A stretch of DNA of 64,000 nt from an uncultured Prevotella sp. (GTDB taxonomy: Bacteria; Bacteroidota; Bacteroidia; Bacteroidales; Bacteroidaceae): contig ONLG01000002.1 of assembly GCA_900318625.1 (NCBI GenBank), positions 11,734-75,733 of the forward strand, given 5' to 3'. Positions 57,404 to 64,000 of the stretch are shown here, piece after piece; within the stretch, counting starts at the first letter, position 1, and every line of letters begins with the position of its first letter. Position numbers and translations under genes: made by a program. A model generated the notes under the pieces. The model was not told where the DNA came from. It ran no database searches and saw nothing but the letters and a program-made list of their open reading frames with translations.

Positions 57404-57550
57404 CCACCACTCCACAGAAGCACCCTCTAAGCCAATCCTCCGGTCCCTTGTCCCCTGCCCCTCGCCGCTGAAAGCTGAGCCCGTGGGCTAAACTTCATTT
57501 CTTCCGCTTCTTCTTTTGCCATGCGGAAGTTTATCCGTACTTTTGCACCC

Positions 57551-58876
57551 ATGAATCTCAATATCAACGACTACGAGGTCATGGCGCCCGTAGGGTCGCG
57601 CGAATCGCTGTCGGCAGCCATCAAGGCCGGTGCCGACTCCGTCTACTTCGGCATCGGACAGCTCAACATGCGCTCCCACTCAGCCAACCACTTCACCATC
57701 GACGACCTCCACTTCATAGCCTCCACGTGCCACGCCCACGGCATCAAGACCTATCTCACCGTCAACACCATCATCTACGACGACGACATCAGCATGATGC
57801 GAACCATCATCGATGCCGCCCTCGAAGCCCATATCACGGCGGTGATAGCCAGCGACGTGGCCGTTATGACCTACTGCCGCGAGGTTGGAATGGAGGTTCA
57901 CCTGTCCACGCAGCTCAACATCTCCAACGTCGAAGCGCTGCGTTTCTACTCCCATTTCGCCGATGTGGTGGTGCTCGCACGCGAGCTCAACCTCGACCAA
58001 GTGGCCCACATCCACCGCCAGATAGCCGAGCAAGCCATCTGCGGACCCGGCGGCAAGCCCGTAAGGATAGAGATGTTCTGCCACGGCGCGCTGTGTATGG
58101 CCGTCAGCGGCAAGTGCTACATGAGCCTTGCCGATGCCAACCGCTCGGCCAACCGCGGCGAGTGCATACAGATATGCCGACGCTCCTATCTGCTCACCGA
58201 TGCTGAGACAGGCAACCAGATAGAGGTAGACAACAAATACCTTATGAGCCCCAAGGACCTGAAGACCGTGCGCTTCATCGACCGCATGATGGAGTCGGGC
58301 GTGCGAGTGTTCAAGATCGAGGGTCGAGCCCGTGGCCCGGAATACGTCTACACGGTGGTAAGTGTCTACAAAGAAGCCATCCGCGCCGTCATCAACAGCC
58401 ATCAGCAACCATCAGCAACCACACCAAACGCTACTCCCCAATCCCCCCTCGCCCCTCTCTTCACCGAAGAACAGAAAGACCAGTGGGACGCGCGCCTCGC
58501 CACGGTGTTCAACCGCGGCTTCTGGGACGGCTACTATCAGGGGCAGCGGTTAGGCGAATGGAACAGCAACTATGGCAGCAATGCCACCGAGAAGAAGCAG
58601 CTCGTGGGCAAGGTGGTGAAGTTCTACTCACGCCTGAGCGTTGCCGAGGTATCGGTAGAGGCTTCTGAGTTCTCCGTAGGCGACCGCCTGCTGATCACCG
58701 GTCCCACCACAGGTGCCCTTTGGCTCGATGCCGACGAGATACGCTACGAGCTGCAACCCGTCAGCACCGCCCACCAGCGGCAGCACGTTTCAATACCCGT
58801 CCCGGAGAAGGTGCGCCCGGGCGACAAGCTGTTCAAGCTTATCTCTGTGGCACAGCAGGCTGTAGAAGAAAAGTAA
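57551..58876 (+). CDS. U32 peptidase family (RNA hydroxylation-type) protein
   Basis: GADSVYFG, HLSTQ, HGALCMAVSGKC, RGECIQICR, FKIEGR. Confidence 0.92.
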   Translation: MNLNINDYEVMAPVGSRESLSAAIKAGADSVYFGIGQLNMRSHSANHFTIDDLHFIASTCHAHGIKTYLTVNTIIYDDDISMMRTIIDAALEAHITAVIASDVAVMTYCREVGMEVHLSTQLNISNVEALRFYSHFADVVVLARELNLDQVAHIHRQIAEQAICGPGGKPVRIEMFCHGALCMAVSGKCYMSLADANRSANRGECIQICRRSYLLTDAETGNQIEVDNKYLMSPKDLKTVRFIDRMMESGVRVFKIEGRARGPEYVYTVVSVYKEAIRAVINSHQQPSATTPNATPQSPLAPLFTEEQKDQWDARLATVFNRGFWDGYYQGQRLGEWNSNYGSNATEKKQLVGKVVKFYSRLSVAEVSVEASEFSVGDRLLITGPTTGALWLDADEIRYELQPVSTAHQRQHVSIPVPEKVRPGDKLFKLISVAQQAVEEK

Positions 58877-58914
58877 TATGAGTCATATTACTGACCAATA
58901 TGAGTCATATTACC
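58871..58914. repeat. Family B repeat, 2 units, overlapping the U32 stop
   Basis: aagtaatatgagtcatattactgaccaatatgagtcatattac. Confidence 0.9.
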
Positions 58915-58982
58915 TCTCGACTGCAATCCTTCTGCTGCCTGCCGGCTACCCTTCACTCATGTAACAACAAACTAAAAGTATC

Positions 58983-59405
58983 ATGCAAACAATAAAAGAA
59001 CTACAAGACGAAGTGATAGAAGAGTTCGACGGACTCGACGACTGGATGGACAAATACCAGATGCTCATCGACCTCGGCAACGACCTCGAACCGCTTGAAG
59101 AACGCTACAAGACTCCCGAAAACATCATCGAAGGCTGCCAGAGCCGCGTGTGGGTGCAGTGCGACTACGTGGACGGTCGCCTGCAGCTCTCTGCCGACAG
59201 CGATGCGCTCATTGTCAAGGGCATCATCGCGCTGCTCATACGAGTGCTCAACAACCAGACACCTGCCGACATACTCGGCAGCGAGCTCTACTTCATTGAC
59301 CGCATAGGTCTGCGCGACCACCTCTCGCCCACCCGCTCCAACGGACTGCTGGCAATGATAAAGCAGATAAGGGCCTACGCCGTGGCGTACAGCAGCGTCG
59401 GCTAA
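58983..59405 (+). CDS. sufE: SufE family Fe-S protein
   Basis: IEGCQSRVW, ADSDALIVKG, LSPTRSNGL. Confidence 0.93.
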   Translation: MQTIKELQDEVIEEFDGLDDWMDKYQMLIDLGNDLEPLEERYKTPENIIEGCQSRVWVQCDYVDGRLQLSADSDALIVKGIIALLIRVLNNQTPADILGSELYFIDRIGLRDHLSPTRSNGLLAMIKQIRAYAVAYSSVG

Positions 59406-59407
59406 GG

Positions 59408-59520
59408 CCCCACCCCCAACCCCTCCCCAAGGGAGGGGAGGCTGAAAGCTTTCTCATAAGACCTATAAGCCCTATAAGTCCTATAAGCCCCATAAGCCCT
59501 ATAAGCCCTATACACCCTAT
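59408..59520. repeat. Family A element plus family C 9-bp array (~7 units)
   Basis: cccacccccaacccctccccaagggagggg, then ataagccct-type units at 59456-59520. Confidence 0.9.
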
Positions 59521-59535
59521 TGAAACCATGCCATT

Positions 59536-60102
59536 ATGTCTGAGAAAAGGAAACTCCGCACCATAGAGATGCACCGTCTGAGCATCGAGCAGTACCGCAA
59601 CAGCCGCAAGCTTCCGCTGGTGGTGGTGCTCGACAACGTCCGTTCGCTCTACAACGTAGGCTCCATCTTCCGAACGTGCGACGCCTTCCGCCTCGAAGCC
59701 ATCTGCCTTTGCGGCATCACTGCCACGCCTCCCCACAACGAGATCCACAAGACGGCTCTCGGTGCCGAGGACAGTGTGGCATGGAGCTATCATGCTTCTG
59801 CCATCGAAGCCGTGGAGCAACTCAAGAGCCGCGGCTACACGGTTGTGGCCGTGGAACAGGCCGAGGGCAGCGTGAAAGCCCCCATAGAGCTGCCCGACGA
59901 GGACACCGGCAAGTATGCTCTGGTGCTGGGCAACGAGGTCAAAGGCGTGGCCCAGGAGGTTGTCGACCTGTGCGACGAGTGTCTGGAAATACCCCAGTAT
60001 GGCACCAAACACAGCATGAACGTCAGCGTCACGGCAGGCATCGTGATATGGGAATTTGCGAAGCAGATGCTTCCACAGCTCGTTAAAAAAGGATATTTTT
60101 AA
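59536..60102 (+). CDS. SpoU/TrmH-family RNA methyltransferase
   Basis: LDNVRSLYNVGSIFRT, LGNEVKGV, SMNVSV. Confidence 0.92.
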   Translation: MSEKRKLRTIEMHRLSIEQYRNSRKLPLVVVLDNVRSLYNVGSIFRTCDAFRLEAICLCGITATPPHNEIHKTALGAEDSVAWSYHASAIEAVEQLKSRGYTVVAVEQAEGSVKAPIELPDEDTGKYALVLGNEVKGVAQEVVDLCDECLEIPQYGTKHSMNVSVTAGIVIWEFAKQMLPQLVKKGYF

Positions 60103-60234
60103 TAAAAAAAATCATCAAAAGAGCATAATCCTACTGCTAATATCGGAAAATGACTACCTTTGCAAGGCTCAAGCAAGGCGGCCTTCCGTGCCGCCGCACG
60201 GCTGATAGCATACAAACAAAATCATCATAACACA

Positions 60235-60756
60235 ATGAACAAGGAAAGTTACAATTTCGGTCTGAACATCGGACAGCAGCTCTCTCAGATGGGAGCAGGC
60301 TCGCTTGTGCTCGACGATATGCTTCAGGGCATCCGCGATGCCATCACCAACGCCGCCAAGCAGGGCCAGGCAGCCCGCGAGGAGGGCGAGGCCTATCTGA
60401 AGGAGAACGCCAAGAAAGAGGGCGTGAAGACCACAGCGAGCGGCTTGCAGTACATGGTCATCAAGGAAGGCAACGGCAAACAGCCCAAGGCCACCGACAA
60501 GGTGAAGTGCCACTACGAGGGTATGCTCGTCAACGGACAGCTCTTCGACAGCAGCCTTCAGCGCGGCGAGCCAGCCGTTTTCGGCCTCAACCAGGTGATA
60601 GCAGGCTGGACCGAGGGTCTGCAGCTCATGCAGGAAGGTGCCAAGTACCGCTTCTTCATCCCCTACCAGCTGGGCTATGGCGAGCGCGGAGCAGGCGCAA
60701 GCATCCCTCCCTTCGCAGCACTCATCTTCGACGTAGAGCTTATCGAGGTGGTGTAG
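60235..60756 (+). CDS. FKBP-type PPIase
   Basis: TASGLQY, HYEG, VIAGWTEGL, LIFDVEL. Confidence 0.92.
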   Translation: MNKESYNFGLNIGQQLSQMGAGSLVLDDMLQGIRDAITNAAKQGQAAREEGEAYLKENAKKEGVKTTASGLQYMVIKEGNGKQPKATDKVKCHYEGMLVNGQLFDSSLQRGEPAVFGLNQVIAGWTEGLQLMQEGAKYRFFIPYQLGYGERGAGASIPPFAALIFDVELIEVV

Positions 60757-60823
60757 GCCCAGCGGCGCTATCCAAGGATTCAGAATTAAAAAAAGAAAAC
60801 AACAACAACAAACAATACCAACA

Positions 60824-61741
60824 ATGAAGAAGATTTCTTTTGTAGCCGCAATGGCTATCGCAGCAGCCTTCGTAGCCAGCTGTGACAAAGCTGCCCCACA
60901 GGCAGAGATGAAAAACGACATCGACACTCTGAGCTATGCCTTCGGACTGGAGCGCTCGCAGGGCATAAAGCAGTTCCTCCAGCAGATGGAAATAGACACC
61001 GCCTACATCGACGACTTCGTGAAGGGTGTCAGCGCAGCAGCCCAGTCGTCGGACGACAAGAAGAAAGCCGCCTACAACACAGGTATCGCCGTAGGCCAGC
61101 AGCTGGCCATGATGCAGAAGGGTTACAGCCGTGAGGTGTTCCAGGGCGACTCTACCAAGAGCCTCTCAACACGCAACCTCATTGCCGGTTTCATAGCCGG
61201 AGCCACTGGCAAGGATGCCAAGATGACCATTGAGCAGGCCCGCAGCATAGGCGAAGCCAAGCTCATGGCAATACAGACCGAGCAGGCTGAAAAGAAGTTC
61301 GGTGCCGAGAAGAAGAAGAACGAAGCCTGGATGGCTGCCAACGCCAAGAAAGAGGGTGTGAAGACTCTCGGCAAGGGCGTGCAGTACAAGGTAATCAAGG
61401 AAGGCACCGGCAAGGTTCCTACCGACAAGTCGATTGTAACCATCAAGTACGAAGGCAAGAACATCGAGGGCAAAGTGTTCGACAAGAACGACAATGCCAA
61501 GATGGCTGTGGCCGGCGCAGTGCCCGGTTTCACCGAGGCTCTTACCCACATGCCCGTCGGTTCGACATGGGAGATCTACATTCCCCACACTGCCGGCTAT
61601 GGCGCACGCCAGGTATCGCCCGACCTGAAGCCCTTCTCTACGATGATTTTCACCGTCACTCTGCTCTCTGCCGAGGATATGCCTCAGCCTCAGATGGCCC
61701 CGCAGGCTCCTCAGGCACAGGCTCAGCCTAAGCAGAAATAA
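60824..61741 (+). CDS. FKBP-type PPIase, lipoprotein
   Basis: Lipobox VASC, DTLSYA, PGFTEAL. Confidence 0.9.
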   Translation: MKKISFVAAMAIAAAFVASCDKAAPQAEMKNDIDTLSYAFGLERSQGIKQFLQQMEIDTAYIDDFVKGVSAAAQSSDDKKKAAYNTGIAVGQQLAMMQKGYSREVFQGDSTKSLSTRNLIAGFIAGATGKDAKMTIEQARSIGEAKLMAIQTEQAEKKFGAEKKKNEAWMAANAKKEGVKTLGKGVQYKVIKEGTGKVPTDKSIVTIKYEGKNIEGKVFDKNDNAKMAVAGAVPGFTEALTHMPVGSTWEIYIPHTAGYGARQVSPDLKPFSTMIFTVTLLSAEDMPQPQMAPQAPQAQAQPKQK

Positions 61742-61775
61742 CCCATTAGCCGATTTTTCATAGACAGAAACTGAC

Positions 61776-62663
61776 ATGAAAAAGCTGTTAATCATAGCAC
61801 TCGTCCTGGTGGCGGGTGCTTCTTTTAGCACCGCACAGGCCAAGGGCAAGAAGCCCAAGAAGCCTGCCAAGACCGCAGTGAGCATCAGTACCGCCGCCGA
61901 CACTCTGAGCTATGCCACAGGCATGGCCATGAGCCGCGGCGTAGACCAGTACCTCAAACAGAGCTTCGGCGTAGACAAGAAGCACTATGATGAAGTGGTT
62001 CGCGGCTTCCGCGATGCCGTCAGCCACCGTGGCGACACCGCCTTTGCAGCCTACTGTGCCGGCATGGAGCTGCTGCGCATGATGGAAAAGAATATGCTTC
62101 CGAACCTGAAAAAGGACCTTGCCGAGGGTGGCAACACCATCAACGACAACCTTCTGTTTGAGGGCTTCACGGCCTCGCTGCTCGGCGACACCACGGTATG
62201 CACACCGCAGTCGGCAGAAAAGCTGTTCAACGACACACGCGAGCAGGCCAAGCGCAAGGCCGGCGAAGCCGTAAGGCTCGAAGGCGAGCGTTTCCTGGCA
62301 GAGAACAAGCTGAAGGAAGGCGTGACAACACTGCCCGACGGACTTCAGTACAAGGTGCTCAAGGAGGGCAACGGACCCCGTCCTGCCGCCACCGACGAGG
62401 TGGAAGTAATCTACGAGGGACGCACCCTCGACGGCAACGTGTTCGATGCAACCTACAAGCATCAGGGCAAGAAGACCGACAAGTTCCACCTCAACGGACT
62501 CATAAAGGGCTGGACCGAAGCCTTGCAGCTGATGCCAGTGGGCTCGAAGTGGGAAATCTACATCCCTCAGGAGCTTGCATACGGCAGCCGTCAGGCTGGA
62601 AACATCAAGCCCTACTCGGCTCTGATATTCACCCTCGAACTCGTTGGAATAAGCGGAAAGTAA
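61776..62663 (+). CDS. FKBP-type PPIase
   Basis: Signal peptide, DGLQY, IKGWTEAL. Confidence 0.9.
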   Translation: MKKLLIIALVLVAGASFSTAQAKGKKPKKPAKTAVSISTAADTLSYATGMAMSRGVDQYLKQSFGVDKKHYDEVVRGFRDAVSHRGDTAFAAYCAGMELLRMMEKNMLPNLKKDLAEGGNTINDNLLFEGFTASLLGDTTVCTPQSAEKLFNDTREQAKRKAGEAVRLEGERFLAENKLKEGVTTLPDGLQYKVLKEGNGPRPAATDEVEVIYEGRTLDGNVFDATYKHQGKKTDKFHLNGLIKGWTEALQLMPVGSKWEIYIPQELAYGSRQAGNIKPYSALIFTLELVGISGK

Positions 62664-62688
62664 GCTTCCAATCTTCCTTTTTTACATC

Positions 62689-62714
62689 AAAATGCACCTC
62701 CGGGTGCATTTTTT
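62689..62714 (+). terminator. Intrinsic terminator
   Basis: aaaatgcacc-tccg-ggtgcatttttt. Confidence 0.8.
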
Positions 62715-62832
62715 TATTCTATTTATTGTCAGTTTAAGCTAAATTCCATACATTTGCTATCATATTGTAAGCCTGAAAACATCTTTTCAGACATTTATTT
62801 AACAAACTGAACCACAATACAAGCAATACGAA

Positions 62833-63297
62833 ATGGACAAGATTGACAACTTAGACAAGAAGATTCTGAACATTCTCTCGAAGAATGCACGCATCCCTTT
62901 CAAGGACGTAGCAACCGAATGTGGCGTTTCGCGCGCCGCCATCCACCAGCGCGTGCAGCACCTTATCGAAGGTGGCGTGATCACAGGAAGCGGTTTCGAC
63001 GTGAACCCCAAGAGCCTCGGCTACTCCACCTGCACCTACGTGGGCCTCAACCTTGAGCGCGGCAGTATGTATAAAGAGGTTGTAGAGCGCGTTGCCGCTA
63101 TCCCCGAGGTGGTGGAATGTCACTTCACCACAGGTCCCTACACCATGCTCGTGAAGCTCTATGCCCGCGACAACGAGCAGCTCATGGACCTTCTGAACAA
63201 CAAACTGCAAGGCATCCACGGCGTGATAAGCACCGAGACGCTCATCTCGCTCGAGCAGAGCATCAAGCGCGAGATACCTGTTACCATCGACGAATAA
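62833..63297 (+). CDS. Lrp/AsnC transcriptional regulator
   Basis: LDKKIL..L..NAR HTH, PEVVECHFTTG. Confidence 0.93.
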   Translation: MDKIDNLDKKILNILSKNARIPFKDVATECGVSRAAIHQRVQHLIEGGVITGSGFDVNPKSLGYSTCTYVGLNLERGSMYKEVVERVAAIPEVVECHFTTGPYTMLVKLYARDNEQLMDLLNNKLQGIHGVISTETLISLEQSIKREIPVTIDE

Positions 63298-63336
63298 CCT
63301 CACGGCAACCACGCCACATCATTTCAGACGCATCGT

Positions 63337-64000
63337 ATGGATCGCTTCAACCTTGAAAAACACCTCAGCAACATCTATTCATCATTCCCCGAAGGAAGCC
63401 GGAGGCCAGTGATTGGCATCACTACAAACCACAACGGCATCGACGACACCGTGCGCGACTGCTACCGCCGGCAGGTTGTCAAGGCCGGAGGAACGCCCCT
63501 GCTCATTCCGCCCGTAGCCGACAAGGAGGTCATCATCTCTACACTCGACAGGATAGACGGACTTATTCTCAGCGGCGGAGCCGACATAAACCCCCTCTGG
63601 ACGGGCGAGGAGCCGTCGCCTAAACTGGGTCACATCAATGCCGCACGCGACCTGCCGGAGCTGCTCATGGCCCGTCTGGCCTTCAACAGACAGGTTCCCA
63701 CGCTGGCCATTTGCCGCGGCATACAAACCCTGACGATAGCCCTCGGCGGCAAAGTGGCACAGGACCTCGGCGAGGTAACGGTGCAGCCGCTGCGCCATTC
63801 GCAGGATGCCGACTTCCAGGAACTCACCCACACCGTCAGGCTTGAGAGCGGAAGCATGGTGGCACAGGCATACGGTGCCGAGCGCATAGCCGTCAACTCG
63901 TTCCACCACCAGTGTGTCACCCATCCGGGAGAGCACCTGCGCATCACTGCCACTGCCCCCGACGGCGTAGTCGAGGCTGTGGAGAGCACTGAGCACAAGA
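63337..64000 (+). CDS. Peptidase C26/gamma-glutamyl hydrolase family (runs off window)
   Basis: Manual translation: RPVIGIT, GLILSGGADINP, AICRGIQ, VNSFHHQ. Not in the ORF track. Confidence 0.88.
   Translation, partial: MDRFNLEKHLSNIYSSFPEGSRRPVIGITTNHNGIDDTVRDCYRRQVVKAGGTPLLIPPVADKEVIISTLDRIDGLILSGGADINPLWTGEEPSPKLGHINAARDLPELLMARLAFNRQVPTLAICRGIQTLTIALGGKVAQDLGEVTVQPLRHSQDADFQELTHTVRLESGSMVAQAYGAERIAVNSFHHQCVTHPGEHLRITATAPDGVVEAVESTEHK

Overview
64 kb of a GC-rich Bacteroidales chromosome, probably Prevotella-like (TAnnTTTG promoters, T9SS C-terminal domains, uppS-bamA-ompH-murI synteny). Housekeeping genes include msbA-like ABC, miaB, a CoA-transferase, cysS, a Na/Pi symporter, glycosyltransferases, rnr, a U32 protein, sufE, FKBPs and Lrp. 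Accessory units: (1) a BspA-LRR gene translationally coupled to a compact C-A-T-R NRPS; (2) a fructan locus with no susCD, an orphan regulated promoter and a hybrid sensor lacking the HATPase domain; (3) an AT-rich restriction-modification pair; (4) two T9SS-secreted starch proteins, each followed by a related ~65-aa MKxYxKP...VW(D/E) micropeptide gene; (5) small cargo genes (two four-helix-bundle paralogs and a frameshifted GxxExxY gene), two of them bracketed by short-period repeats, with gene-less copies of the 9-bp array elsewhere. Several REP-like repeat families are present, and one has inserted in frame into miaB and a cysteine peptidase. There are two promoter-driven ORF-less RNA candidates. 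No rRNA, tRNA, CRISPR, transposase or reverse transcriptase was seen. All calls are by eye; no searches were run.
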